A stretch of DNA of 62,316 nt, the filler included, from an uncultured Gemmatimonadota bacterium (GTDB lineage: Bacteria; GCA-2686955): assembly GCA_964490075.1 (NCBI GenBank). It is 3 parts of 3 records of this genome, joined end to end, with 100 filler letters (N's around TTAATTAATTAA, not from the genome) between each part and the next. Parts side by side here need not be neighbours in the genome. Positions count along the whole stretch, not along the records: positions 44,000 to 62,316 come from CAZBBK010000085.1; 2 more parts are not named here. The stretch is one strand, 5' to 3'. Numbering within the stretch: position 1 is the stretch's first letter; each line of letters opens with the position of its first letter. Positions 48,901-59,635 of the stretch are shown here, in pieces. A program made the position numbers and the translations under genes. The notes under the pieces are model-generated. The model did no database searches, was not told the DNA's origin, and was given only the letters and a program-made list of their open reading frames with translations.

Positions 48901-51110
48901 GCCGACCACCTCTCGACGCGCACGAAGTTGACGTTGAGCGCCGTGGATCCGAACGCCGGATCGATCTCGGTGCGGGTCATCAGGTCGTCATCGGCGATGC
49001 CGCGGCCGTGGGCAAAGCGCAGGCCCTTGGCGGAGTGGCCGAAGCCGTGCACCGTGTAGACGCAGTCGTTGCGGATTCGCTGCGTCACCTTGAGCGAAAC
49101 CGGACCGACTCGCACTCCGTCCTCGTTGGTGAGTGCCACTCGAGCGCGGTCTTCCAGGCCGTGCTCGGCGGCGGCCTGGGCGCTCATCCACAGCTCGTTC
49201 TCGGCGACGATCTCGCCCAGCATCCTGTTGTTGGTCGAGCGCCCGAAGGTGTGCACCGGAGTGCGCCCCGTCAGCAGCCGGAACATCCCGGGTGGCGGAG
49301 GCTTGGGCGGCCGAAAGACCGGCATCGGATCGAGCCCGGCGTCGGCCATCTGTTGCGAGTAGAGCTCGATCTTCCCGGATGGTGTATCGAAGATCGGCTC
49401 CACGCCCTCTTCGATGGTCACGGGCTCCGGTTTGCCCTGCACCACGCCGGTCTTCTTGACCTCGCTCAAGCTGTATCCGGCCTTGGCCAAGCGGCCGCCG
49501 ACATGTCCCTCGGGATCGTCGCCCCAAGGGCAGTGCTCCGACACCCCGAGCCGAGCCGCCAGCTCCTTGGCGATCCACCATCCGGGCTTGCTCTGGTGCA
49601 GCGGCGCGACCGCGGGCTGGCGAATTGCGGCGTAGGGCTCGGCATAGTTCGGTGCGTGGATGTCGTCCCAGCGCTCCAGGTAGGTACACTCAGGAAGCAC
49701 CACGTCGGCCCAGCCGGTGATCTCGGCGGGCAGCACGTCGATGGCGACGATGAACTCCAGCTTGGCGATCGCCTCGAGCGTCTTCTTCTTCTGCGGGATC
49801 GACTGCAAGATGTTGCTGCCGTAGACCATCCACGCGCGAATATCGTACTCGGCGGTGCCGGGGATGGCGGCGTCGCGCAGCCCGTTCGCCAGCACGTGGT
49901 CGGCGAAGGGGAAGACCCGGTCCTTCGGCATGTCGGCCGCCACCGGGAGCTGCTTCTTCGGTTTCGGCGCATCGGCCTTGGGGATGTCGAGCTTGGCCGG
50001 AAAATAGTAGCCGCCGGCTCGGCCCCAGGCGCCCAGCAGCGCGCTCAAGGTCGCGACCGCCCGCAGCCGTTGCGTGTCGTCGCCGTACCAGTTGGCGCGC
50101 CGACCCGGGTGGATCAGCGACGCCGGTCGCGCGCCGCCGATGATCCGTGCCGTCTCGACGATGCGCTGCGCGGCGATGCCGGTCTTGGTGAAGGCCCACT
50201 CGGGGGTCTTGTCACGCAGGTGTTGGCGCAGCTTGTCGAAGCCCGTCGTGTAGCTCGCGACATAGTTCTGATCGAAGAGATTCTCCTCGACGATCACGTG
50301 CATCCAGGCCAGCAGCAGAGCGAGGTCGGCCCCGGGCTTGATCGGCAACCAGTAGTCGGCCTTGCCGGCCGCGACGGAGAAACGCGGATCGACGACGATC
50401 AGGCGCGCGCCGCGGCGCCGTGCCTCGGCCAGATCCTGCACCTGGGTGTTGTGCATATTCTCCCCGAGGTGCCCGCCGATCAGGGTGATCACCCGCGAAC
50501 GCGCCATGTCGACCACCCCGGGCGACCCCACCGGAGCGCCGTAGGTCAGCGAGAAAGCGGCGTCGCGCGGGCCGCGACACTGCGCGTACGAAGGAGCCGC
50601 GACGTTGGGCGTTCCGTAGCCCTTCATCAGCGCCTTGAACCACGAGCCGCCGTAGCCGTGCGAGAAGAGCGCCAGCGCTTCCGGCCCGTGCTCCTTCTCG
50701 AGCCGCGCCATCTGCTCGGCCACCCGATCCAGCGCCGTCTCCCACGACACCGCTTCGAAGACCTGCTCGCCACGCTTGTCGCGACGCATCAGAGGCTGCT
50801 GCAGCCGGTCCGGATCGTAGAGCAGTCCCACGCCGCCGACCCCGCGCGGGCAGAGCTTGCCGCGCGACAGGGGATGCGCCGGATTGCCGGTGAGCTTGGT
50901 CACCCGCCCCTGTTTGACGTGGGCGAGCACGCCGCATTTCCAGAAGCACATCTCGCAGAAGGTCGGCACGACCGTGTCGCCGTCGGTCGCCGGATCGTGC
51001 AGAAGGTCCGGATCGAAACCCCAAACCCGGGAGCTCAGCGCCGAGGCGGCGCCCAGCGCGCCCGCGGTCATGCCGCTGATGCGAATGAAATCTCGACGTG
51101 TGATCGTCAT
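48897..51110 (-). CDS. psrA: Tat-exported molybdopterin oxidoreductase, polysulfide/thiosulfate reductase PsrA/PhsA-like
   Basis: Tat signal TRRDFIR; CEMCFWKC...KLCPRG; AQCRGPR (Mo-ligand Cys); VDPRFS; DVVLPECTYLER; TPSGKIELYS. Confidence 0.9.
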   Translation of the reverse strand: MTITRRDFIRISGMTAGALGAASALSSRVWGFDPDLLHDPATDGDTVVPTFCEMCFWKCGVLAHVKQGRVTKLTGNPAHPLSRGKLCPRGVGGVGLLYDPDRLQQPLMRRDKRGEQVFEAVSWETALDRVAEQMARLEKEHGPEALALFSHGYGGSWFKALMKGYGTPNVAAPSYAQCRGPRDAAFSLTYGAPVGSPGVVDMARSRVITLIGGHLGENMHNTQVQDLAEARRRGARLIVVDPRFSVAAGKADYWLPIKPGADLALLLAWMHVIVEENLFDQNYVASYTTGFDKLRQHLRDKTPEWAFTKTGIAAQRIVETARIIGGARPASLIHPGRRANWYGDDTQRLRAVATLSALLGAWGRAGGYYFPAKLDIPKADAPKPKKQLPVAADMPKDRVFPFADHVLANGLRDAAIPGTAEYDIRAWMVYGSNILQSIPQKKKTLEAIAKLEFIVAIDVLPAEITGWADVVLPECTYLERWDDIHAPNYAEPYAAIRQPAVAPLHQSKPGWWIAKELAARLGVSEHCPWGDDPEGHVGGRLAKAGYSLSEVKKTGVVQGKPEPVTIEEGVEPIFDTPSGKIELYSQQMADAGLDPMPVFRPPKPPPPGMFRLLTGRTPVHTFGRSTNNRMLGEIVAENELWMSAQAAAEHGLEDRARVALTNEDGVRVGPVSLKVTQRIRNDCVYTVHGFGHSAKGLRFAHGRGIADDDLMTRTEIDPAFGSTALNVNFVRVERWSA

Positions 51111-51449
51111 GGCTGTCGACTCCGATTGCGGTGGTTGCGCGGGACCGCCAGCGCAAGCGCCGGGCCAGCGCCGGCGTCGATCCGCTCGTGCCCCGCGACG
51201 CAGCGCGCAAGCTCCTGTGCTGCAACGCCATCCGCGTCCGCCAGCGGTCCCGCGTCGACTCCCCGCCGATTTTTCTCTCGGCGCCGCAGGGAGCCCCGTG
51301 AAACAAAACGTTTCGAGACAAGGCGTTGCAGCTCGGCGGATCGACGACCCACGCCGAGGCGCTGGTACCGCTCCCTTTCGCACCCGTGGGATTCGGGGCA
51401 CACTGGCAACGTGCCGATCCGCGCTTCTCTCAGCCTCCGGTCGAGGCAG

Positions 51450-52130
51450 ATGACCTCGCCAGAGAAATGCGGGCCAGCCCGAATCGGAGATCCAACCCTG
51501 CCGCCCCCGTCTCTGCTGCTGACCGGCTTCGAGCCCTTCGACGGCCATCGTCTCAATCCGAGCGCGCTGGTCGCCGAGCGCCTGCACGGCTGCGTCATCG
51601 GTGGATGGCGGGTCGAATCCCGCTCGCTGCCGGTCGACTTCTCGCGCATCGATGGGGCGCTGCGGCAGGCATGGGCGCAGGCGCATCCTGGCGCCGTGCT
51701 TGCGCTCGGTCTGGCGTGGGGCCGGGCGGCGATCGAGGTCGAGACAGTCGCCCGCAACCGGGTCCACCTCCAGCGTCCCGACAAGGGCGGCCGACTGATT
51801 CGCAATCACACGATCTCGGGCGCGGCCCGCCTCCACAGCACTCTCTGCCCCCGGCGAGCGGTGCGTGCGATGCGAGCCGCGGGCGCTCCGGCCAAGACCA
51901 GCGGCGAGGCCGGCACGCATCTGTGCAATTACGTATTTCACCGCACTCTGACGCGCTTCTTCGGCTCCCCGGGCGTGAGGACCGGCTTCATTCATCTGCC
52001 GCCGCTGCCCGAGATGGATCCGCCGCTCGGCCGCGAGCGCGCGCCGAGCCTCGAGCTGGACATCATGCTGAAGGCGATCGGCGCCGCCATCGCTGCGATC
52101 GACGACCCAGGGGGCTCCGGGCGGCCGTGA
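51450..52130 (+). CDS. pcp: Pyroglutamyl-peptidase I (peptidase C15)
   Basis: LLTGFEPF..NPS, IEVETVARN, AGTHLCN (catalytic Cys), GFIHLP. Confidence 0.9.
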   Translation: MTSPEKCGPARIGDPTLPPPSLLLTGFEPFDGHRLNPSALVAERLHGCVIGGWRVESRSLPVDFSRIDGALRQAWAQAHPGAVLALGLAWGRAAIEVETVARNRVHLQRPDKGGRLIRNHTISGAARLHSTLCPRRAVRAMRAAGAPAKTSGEAGTHLCNYVFHRTLTRFFGSPGVRTGFIHLPPLPEMDPPLGRERAPSLELDIMLKAIGAAIAAIDDPGGSGRP

Positions 52131-52202
52131 TACCCTGCGCCGCTGGAGACGCCTACGCATGACTCGAGATCCCCAACACCGCGTTGCCGCTGAGTCCGGC
52201 TG

Positions 52203-54113
52203 ATGTGCGGATTCGCCGGCCTGGTCCACGACGAAACCCGCCCGGTCGACCGGCGGCTGCTGCGACGCATGGGCGACACCTTGCGCCACCGCGGTCCCGA
52301 CGACGAGGGGATCTGTGCCGACGATCGCGCCGGACTGGCCTTCCGGCGGCTCTCGATCATCGACCTGGAGGGGGGTCACCAGCCCCTGTCCAACGAAGAT
52401 GGCAGCGTGTGGATCGTCTTCAACGGCGAGATCTACAACTTCGCCGAGCTGCGCCGGGGCCTGGAGAAGGCCGGCCACCGATTTCGCACCCGCGCCGATA
52501 CCGAGGTGATCGTCCACCTCTACGAGGATGTGGGGGCCGAGGTGGTGAAGCATCTGCGCGGGATGTTCGCCTTTGCGATCTGGGATCGGCGCGAGGGCGG
52601 CACGCTGCTCCTGGCCCGCGACCGGGTCGGCAAGAAGCCGCTCTACTATGTCGAACGAGACGGCACCTTCGCCTTCGCCAGCGAGATCAAGGCGCTGCTG
52701 GAGTGGCCCGCGCTGCCCCGCGAGATCGAGTCCGACTCCCTCCACCACTACCTGACCTACGGCTACGTGCCCGCGCCGCGTTCGATGTTTCGCCACGTGC
52801 GCAAGCTGGAGCAGGCCCACACGCTGATCCGGCGGGGCTCCCGTTCCACCATCGCGCGCTATTGGCGGCTCGACTACCGCGACAAGCTGCGGCTGCCCGC
52901 GCGCCGTGACTACCTGGAGCTGGTCCGGCAGAAGGCCGCGGAAGCGACCCGGCTGCGCATGGTCGCCGACGTTCCGCTGGGCGCCTTCCTTTCCGGCGGC
53001 GTCGATTCCGGGTCGGTGGTGGCCTGCATGAGCGCGGCCCGCTCCGAGGTGCGCTCGTTTTCGATCGGCTTCAAGGAAGAGGCTTACTCGGAGCTGCCGA
53101 TCGCCCGGCAGGTCGCCGAGCGCCACGAGACGTGCCACACCGAGCACATCGTTCGCCCCGATGCGCTCGCCGTCATGCCGAAGCTGGTGTGGCATTACGA
53201 CGAGCCTTTCGCCGATTTCAGCTCGGTGCCGACCTACTACGTCGCCTCGATCGCGCGGAAGTCCGTCAAGGTCGCGCTAACCGGCGACGGTGGAGACGAG
53301 AGCTTCGCGGGGTATCCGCGTTATCGCCACGGCAGCGCCACCTGGGGGTGGAAGACACTGCCGGCGAGCCTGTGGTCCGCGACCGGCGGGGCGATCGGCG
53401 CGCTGGAGAGGTGCCTGCACGGGGAGCGGCGGGCCCGGCTCACGCGTGCGCGCCACTTCGCGGAGGCGATGCACGACTACCCCGATCCGCGCCGGCGCCA
53501 CGCCCGCTGGATCGCCATCTACTACACCGCAGCCGAGAAGGCGCGCGTTCTGCACCCCGATCTGCACGCCAGGGACGCCGAGCTCGACTCTCCCGCGATC
53601 CTCGCCCGGCGCTTCGACGACGTGCTGGCGGAGCATCCGCTGGACCGCATCATGGCGGTCGACGTGGAGACATATCTTGCCCAAGATCTGCTCGTGAAGA
53701 TGGATGTCGCCACCATGGCGAACTCGCTCGAGGCGCGGTCCCCCTACCTCGATCACGAGCTGATGGAGCTCGCCGCACGAATCCCGGCAGAGCTGAAGCT
53801 GGAGCGCGGCCGCACCAAGCCGCTGTTGCGCGACGCGTGGAGCGATGTGTTGCCGACAGATGTCACCCGGGGACCCAAGGTGGGGTTCCGAATGCCGGTC
53901 GACGAGTGGTTTCGCTCCGAGCTGCGAGGACCCGCAGAGGCGCTGTTGACCGAGCGCCCCGACACCTGCTGGAACGCCGCGGGCGTCCGCGCCCTCTTCG
54001 ACGAGCACGCCCGAGGACACGAGAATCACACTTTTCGGATCTGGACGCTGCTCTGGTTCGAGGTCTGGCGGCGCACCTTCATCGAGAGCGACCCGCCGGG
54101 CAGTCTGGTCTGA
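52203..54113 (+). CDS. asnB: Asparagine synthase (glutamine-hydrolyzing) family amidotransferase
   Basis: MCGFAG, HRGPDD, FNGEIYNF, LSGGVDS, TGDGGDESFAGY, LEARSPYLD. Confidence 0.95.
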   Translation: MCGFAGLVHDETRPVDRRLLRRMGDTLRHRGPDDEGICADDRAGLAFRRLSIIDLEGGHQPLSNEDGSVWIVFNGEIYNFAELRRGLEKAGHRFRTRADTEVIVHLYEDVGAEVVKHLRGMFAFAIWDRREGGTLLLARDRVGKKPLYYVERDGTFAFASEIKALLEWPALPREIESDSLHHYLTYGYVPAPRSMFRHVRKLEQAHTLIRRGSRSTIARYWRLDYRDKLRLPARRDYLELVRQKAAEATRLRMVADVPLGAFLSGGVDSGSVVACMSAARSEVRSFSIGFKEEAYSELPIARQVAERHETCHTEHIVRPDALAVMPKLVWHYDEPFADFSSVPTYYVASIARKSVKVALTGDGGDESFAGYPRYRHGSATWGWKTLPASLWSATGGAIGALERCLHGERRARLTRARHFAEAMHDYPDPRRRHARWIAIYYTAAEKARVLHPDLHARDAELDSPAILARRFDDVLAEHPLDRIMAVDVETYLAQDLLVKMDVATMANSLEARSPYLDHELMELAARIPAELKLERGRTKPLLRDAWSDVLPTDVTRGPKVGFRMPVDEWFRSELRGPAEALLTERPDTCWNAAGVRALFDEHARGHENHTFRIWTLLWFEVWRRTFIESDPPGSLV

Positions 54114-54131
54114 GCCCGTAGGACTTCCCTC

Positions 54132-55367
54132 ATGAGAACGCTCTATCTAACCTACACCGGCCTGCTGGAGCCTCTGGGCGCGTCCCAGGTGATCCCGCAC
54201 CTGCGGGGTTTGGCCGCCGCCGGTTGGGAGATCGACGCCGTGAGCTGGGAGAAGTCGGAGCGGCTCGCGGACCGTGCCCAGTTGGAGACTGTTGCCGGCG
54301 AACTGCGTCGCTCCGGAGTCTCCTGGCGCCCCCTGCGCTACCACAAGAGCCCGACGGCGCCGGCCACCGCCTACGATCTCTCCCGCGGGCTGGCGCACCT
54401 GGCGCGCCGGGCGCGCCCTCGTCGCTGGGGACTGGTTCATGTTCGATCGTATGTTCCCGTGCCCCTGGCGATGCTCGTCAAGCGCTGGCTCGGAGCGCGA
54501 TTCGTGTTCGACATGCGTGGCTTCTGGGCCGACGAGTACGCCGACTGCGGGATCTGGGGGAAAGAATCGTCGCTATTCCGCACCGTGAAGGACTGGGAGG
54601 GGGCCTTCTTGCGTGCCGCGGATCAGGTGGTGGTGTTGACCCACGAGGCCAGGCGCGTTTTGGAAGAGGGGCATCCGCGACTGCCCCGGCCCTGGCGGCG
54701 GGAGGCGCCTCCGATCCAGGTCATTCCGACCTGCGCGAATCTCGATCTCTTCCGCCCAGATGGGCCGACCCACCCCCGGGGCGAGGCCCTGAGGAAGAAT
54801 CACTTCGTAGTCGGCTACGTGGGATCGGTGGGCACCTGGTACGAGTTCGACGCCATGTTCGACCTGATCAATGCCGCCCGCCGTGAAGATCCGAGCATCC
54901 ACTTCGTGGTGGTGACGCAGACACCGGAGCACGAGGTCCGGGGTCTGGCCGACGCCCGGGGACTGCCGGCGGCCGCCCTCACCGTGGCCGCCGCCGGCCA
55001 CACCGAGGTGGCATCTTGGATCCGGTCCTTCCATCTCGGGCTCTTCTTCTACTCGCCGGCATTCTCCAAGAAGGGCACCTGCCCCACCAAGATGGGGGAG
55101 ATCCTCGGTTGCGGCGTGCCGGTGATGGTCAACCGCGGCGTCGGCGACGCCGAGGAACTGGCCGAGCGGAACGAGGTCGGCTGCGCCACTCCCGACGTCG
55201 GGCTCGACTCCACGGTCGAGACGTTTTCTCGAGTGCGAAACCTGATTGACCGGGATCCCGCCCTGGGTGGGCGTTGCAGGAGAGTGGCGGAAACGCATTT
55301 CGACGTGGCGGACGCGATTCGCGACTATGATGCAATCTACCGTTCGTTGGAAAGGGAGCGCGCATGA
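54132..55367 (+). CDS. Glycosyltransferase family 4
   Basis: HVRSY, FDMRGFWADE, VIPTC, YVGSVGTWY, PTKMGEILGCGVPV. Confidence 0.9.
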   Translation: MRTLYLTYTGLLEPLGASQVIPHLRGLAAAGWEIDAVSWEKSERLADRAQLETVAGELRRSGVSWRPLRYHKSPTAPATAYDLSRGLAHLARRARPRRWGLVHVRSYVPVPLAMLVKRWLGARFVFDMRGFWADEYADCGIWGKESSLFRTVKDWEGAFLRAADQVVVLTHEARRVLEEGHPRLPRPWRREAPPIQVIPTCANLDLFRPDGPTHPRGEALRKNHFVVGYVGSVGTWYEFDAMFDLINAARREDPSIHFVVVTQTPEHEVRGLADARGLPAAALTVAAAGHTEVASWIRSFHLGLFFYSPAFSKKGTCPTKMGEILGCGVPVMVNRGVGDAEELAERNEVGCATPDVGLDSTVETFSRVRNLIDRDPALGGRCRRVAETHFDVADAIRDYDAIYRSLERERA

Positions 55368-56287
55368 AGGGCGATTCGACGGTGCCACCCTCTCGCTCCG
55401 AGCAGGAGCTTCGCGCCTGCTGGCGCTGCGGCGACGATCGACCGCGCCGTCTCTACACCAAGTGGGACGCGCCGATCTGGCGCTGCCGCGCCTGTCGTCA
55501 GGTCTATTCTGGGCTGCGCTTGAGCGCCGCGCAGGTCGCCGATTGGTACGCCGACTACTACAGCGAGCGAAACACCACTCCGGAAGCGCTGACCAAGAGT
55601 CGCTACCAGGAGCTGCTGAGACGCTTTGAACCCCGGCGCCGCTCCGGGCGGCTGCTGGACGTGGGCTGCGGCTTCGGCTTTCTGCTCTCGATTGCCGCCG
55701 AGCAGGGCTGGGAGAGTTGGGGAACCGAGATTTCCGCTTCGGCCCTCGACTACGTGGAGGGGATGGGCCTGCCACGGGAGCGGGTATTCCTGGGCGGTAT
55801 CGAGGACGCCGGCTTTCCGGCTCAGTCCTTCGACGCGGTCACGATGATCGAGGTCGTAGAGCATCTGCGCGATCCGCATGCCACGATGCGCGAGGTGGCA
55901 CGGGTGCTGCGTCCCGGCGGTCTGCTCTATTTGACCACTCCGAACTTCGACTCTCTCAGCCGCTTCCTGCTTAGGGACAATTGGAGCATCATCCACCCTG
56001 AGGAACACCTTTCCTATTTCACCGTCACCTCTCTGAGCGCTTTCGTGGAGAGCCTGGGGATGCACACCTTCGAGGCTCGCACCACCGGCTTCGGCTACCA
56101 TGAGGTTCTGAATCGACTGCGCGGCGAGCCCAAGGAGCATCGCCCCGGCCCGGAGGAGGTGCAGGCGGCGCGCCAGGCGATCGAGAGCCGCTCAGGACTG
56201 CGGGCATTGAAGCAAGGGGTCAACGGGGTGCTCGCGCTGACTCGCTTGGGCGACACGATCAAGCTCTTCGCCGAACGCTCGAATTAG
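55364..56287 (+). CDS. Class I SAM methyltransferase with N-terminal CxxC pairs
   Basis: CWRC..CRAC; LLDVGCGFG; EVVEHL..P; LRPGG..TTPN; EHLSYF. Confidence 0.9.
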   Translation: MKGDSTVPPSRSEQELRACWRCGDDRPRRLYTKWDAPIWRCRACRQVYSGLRLSAAQVADWYADYYSERNTTPEALTKSRYQELLRRFEPRRRSGRLLDVGCGFGFLLSIAAEQGWESWGTEISASALDYVEGMGLPRERVFLGGIEDAGFPAQSFDAVTMIEVVEHLRDPHATMREVARVLRPGGLLYLTTPNFDSLSRFLLRDNWSIIHPEEHLSYFTVTSLSAFVESLGMHTFEARTTGFGYHEVLNRLRGEPKEHRPGPEEVQAARQAIESRSGLRALKQGVNGVLALTRLGDTIKLFAERSN

Positions 56288-57311
56288 TGGCTCCCGATCC
56301 GTCTTGCTCGAGATCCAGCGCTCGTGCAAATGCCCTGCGCACATAGACCGGCACCATCGCCCGGCGATAGTCCGCGTCCCCGGGGATGTTGGCCACCGGT
56401 TTGCAGCGCCGCCTCGCCGCCTCGGCCACGGTGTCGAGCGCGCCGGCGAAACTCGGCGAAGGATCGGGATGGGTGCCGCGCAGCAGCTTCGCCGCCGCCT
56501 TTACCCGCAGCGGTCTGGCCTGCAATGCGCCCAGCACCAGGTCGGCGTCGAGCACATCGCCCTGCTCGTCCAGGTCGACGCGCACCGCAACACCCAGCAA
56601 GGGGAAGTCGATCGATCCCCGCTGGCGCAGCTTGAGGTAAGCCCCGCGATGCCCCGCGGGTCCTGCGGGAATGGTGATAGATACCAGCAGTTCATTGCGT
56701 GCGGATCGCTTGTTCCATGTGCCGTCGGCAGTCCACAGATCGTCGAGCGCCAGCTCCCGCGCCCCGCCGGGCCCACGAAGGTGCAGTCTCGCACCCACGG
56801 TCATCAGTGCCGGCGCGCTGTCGTTGCTCGCCGCGGCAACACAGTTCCGACCACCCCGCACCACGTGGCAAACCTCGCCGTCTTTCTTCAGGCAGAAGCC
56901 GAGCGCGGAGCGCCAGAAGTAGCTCTGATTGTACCAGCGACAGCGGGTATCGAGCATCACGTTGCCGCCGATCGTCGCCATTTCTCGATGCTGCGGTCCC
57001 GCCACCACCGCCGTCGCTTGCGCCAACGCCGGCGCTCGTTCGCGCACTCGTGGATTGCCCGCGACCTCCTCGAGCGTGGTCATCGCCCCGATCTCGAGCG
57101 TTCCTTCCGCGCCCACTCGGATTCCGTTCAGCTCCTTGATCCCGGCCAGCGAGACGACGACATTCGGCGTGAAGAGCTCGTGTTTCATGTTGGGAAGCAG
57201 GTCGGTGCCACCGCCCAGGATCATCGCCCTTTCGCCGTGTCGCTCGAGCAGCTCCAGTGCCTGCTCGATCGAAGATGGCGTCGCCAGCTCGAAGGGCGGG
57301 AGACGCAGCAT
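56259..57311 (-). CDS. FAD-binding subunit of a xanthine-dehydrogenase-family enzyme, 4-hydroxybenzoyl-CoA reductase beta (HcrB)-like with a 4Fe-4S insert
   Basis: GGGTDL, ATIGGN, and a Cys insert DTRC..FC..C..C; KLRQRGSIDFP. The ATG overlaps the upstream TAA (TAATG). Confidence 0.9.
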   Translation of the reverse strand: MLRLPPFELATPSSIEQALELLERHGERAMILGGGTDLLPNMKHELFTPNVVVSLAGIKELNGIRVGAEGTLEIGAMTTLEEVAGNPRVRERAPALAQATAVVAGPQHREMATIGGNVMLDTRCRWYNQSYFWRSALGFCLKKDGEVCHVVRGGRNCVAAASNDSAPALMTVGARLHLRGPGGARELALDDLWTADGTWNKRSARNELLVSITIPAGPAGHRGAYLKLRQRGSIDFPLLGVAVRVDLDEQGDVLDADLVLGALQARPLRVKAAAKLLRGTHPDPSPSFAGALDTVAEAARRRCKPVANIPGDADYRRAMVPVYVRRAFARALDLEQDGSGATNSSVRRRA

Positions 57312-59635
57312 TAGGCGCCCGCCAGTGCGCGTTGGCCCCGGAGCGCCTCCAACACGCGCGCGGGGGTGAAGGGCAGCCGGGTCAAGCGGATTCCCAGCGC
57401 GTCGTGCAGCGCATTCGAAATGGCGGGGAGCGCCGGGTGCAGCGGTCCCTCCCCGGCCTCCTTGGCTCCGTAGGGGCCCTCGGGATCGATGCTCTCGACG
57501 ATCAGAGAGTGCAGCTCCGGCGTGTCCACTGCCGTTGGCAGAGGGTAGTCGAGCAGCGAGGGCCCTCGGTGCAGTCCGCGCTCGTCGATCTCGTGGCTTT
57601 CCATCAGCGCCTCGGCGATTCCCATGTAGGCGGAGCCTTCCATCTGACCCGCCACCAGCATCGGGTTCAAGGCTCGCCCGCAATCGTGCGCGATCCACAC
57701 TTTGCGACAGTCGATGCGCCCGCTCTCCTCGTCGACCGCCACCTCCACCACGTGGGCGGTGAAGGAATAGGCCGGCGACGCGCCGATCTTGCCGCCGCGA
57801 TAGTCGCCGCCGAGCTCTTGTGTGGTGTAGGAGCCGGTCTCTCCCAGCGTGCCCTGCATCTCTTCGGCGATTCTGAATGCGTCGCGAGCACTGATAGAAT
57901 CGACCACACCGTCTCGGTCTTCGACCCGACCCAGACGCATGCGCACGCGGGCTGCGTCGACGCCCCAGGCCGCCGCGACCGTGTCGACCACGCGCCGCCG
58001 GAGTTTGCGCGCCGCATCGATCGCCGCGTTGCCGCCCATGAAGGTGACGCGGCTGGAGTAGGCCCCCAGATCGACTGGACAGAGATCTGTATCGGCAGCG
58101 ACCACGCGCACGTCTTCCGGATCGACCCCCAACTCCTCGGCGACCACCGCCGCGACCATCGTGCTCGCTCCCTGTCCAATGTCGTTGCCGCCCGTGAAGA
58201 CCGTCACCAGACCAGAACGGTCCACCTGGAGCTGAATGCCAGAATGTGGCATGGAATTGGGGTAGATCGGGTAGTTGGTGCCAGAAATGTACATCGACCC
58301 GGCCACCCCAAGCCCACGGCCGCGCGGCAGGCGCCCATGCCGATCTCTCCAGCAGCTGGCCCTTTCCACCGCGTCGAGACAGTCCAGAAAGCCGTTCGAG
58401 GTGATCCGTTGATCGTTGACCGTACGCGTGTTTGCTCCCTGGAAGTTGATGCGACGAATCTCGATCGGATCGATACCCGCCGCCTCGGCCATCCGATCGA
58501 GCTGCACTTCGAATGCGAAGCGCGGCTGCACCGATCCGTGCCCGCGCTTGGGACCGCAGGGCGGCTTGTTGGTGAACACCCGCGTCGATCGAAAACGGTA
58601 AGCGGGAAAATCGTACGGACCGGTGAGCAGCTGTCCAGAATAGTAGGTGGTAACCAGCCCGTAGGAGCTGTAGGCACCGCCGTCGATCAGAATCTCGGCG
58701 TCGACCGCGCGCAATCTGCCACTTCGGTCGGCGCCGGTGCGGTAGCGCATCTCCATCGGGTGGCGCCCGCGATGGGCATAGAAAATCTCTTCTCGGGTCC
58801 ACAAGAATTTCACCGGGCGACCCGTGATCATCGACAGCTTGGCGGCGCAGATCTCCAGGCTGAAGGGATCCGACTTGCCCCCGAAAGCGCCCCCGAGGCA
58901 GGGTTGAATTACACGGACGCGCGCTTGCGGAAGTCCCAACACCCGTGCCAGAATCCGTTGTAATTAGTGGGTGATCTGAGTGGACGACCAGAGTGTCAGA
59001 CGTTCGTCGGCGCCGTAGCGGGCGAGCGCGCAATGCGGCTCGATGGCCGCGTGGGTGCTGCCGTGAAAACTGTACTCACCAGCAACCGTCAGCTCGGCGG
59101 TTGCCAGCGCGGTATCGACGTCGCCAAACTCCAGCTCCACCTGCTTTGAGATGTTGCCGCGTTTCGACCCCTGGTGGATCTTCGGCTGGTCACGCGCGAG
59201 CGCCTCTCGCGGCGAGAGAAAGGCATGGAGCGGCTCGTAGCGCACGTCGATCAGGCGCAGCGCCGCGTTGGCCGTGTCTTCGTCGACGGCCGCCAGCGCG
59301 GCCACTTCATCGCCGACGAAGCGTACCGTGTCGGTGGCCAGCGCGGTCTCGTCCTCGGTCCAGGGAATGATGCCATAGCGGGTGGGAAGGTCGGCGCCGG
59401 TGATCACCGCGTGCACGCCCGGCAGCGCGGCGGCGCGGCTGGTGTCGATCGCGACGATTCGCGCATGCGGGTGCGGACTGCGCAGCGTCTTGCCGTGCAG
59501 CATTCCCGGGAGCACGATGTCGTCGGCGTAAAGCGCGGTGCCGGTCGCCTTGTCGGGGCCGTCCACCTTCGGACGTGGCTGTCCGACTACCGCGAAGCCC
59601 TGGTCCCAGGGCGGATCGGCGCCGTGGCCCCTCAC
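57311..59635 (-). pseudogene. Molybdopterin-binding large subunit (HcrA-like) interrupted by an in-frame TAA at 58964-58966
   Basis: The N-part (DGPDKATG..YADD, RSPHPHARI, AIEPH, STQITH*) continues in frame as LQRILARVLG..GGAFGGK, RGHG, IGQG, YSSRVT, GQMEG, GAKEAGE. Confidence 0.85.

Noticed and set aside
44331-59635. Stop-codon reassignment (TAG/TAA read-through, pyrrolysine) to explain two in-frame stops
   Set aside because: TAG and TAA end genes at natural C-termini on the same contig (44331, 46807, 56287, 57311), the two stops differ, and no pyl genes are seen.
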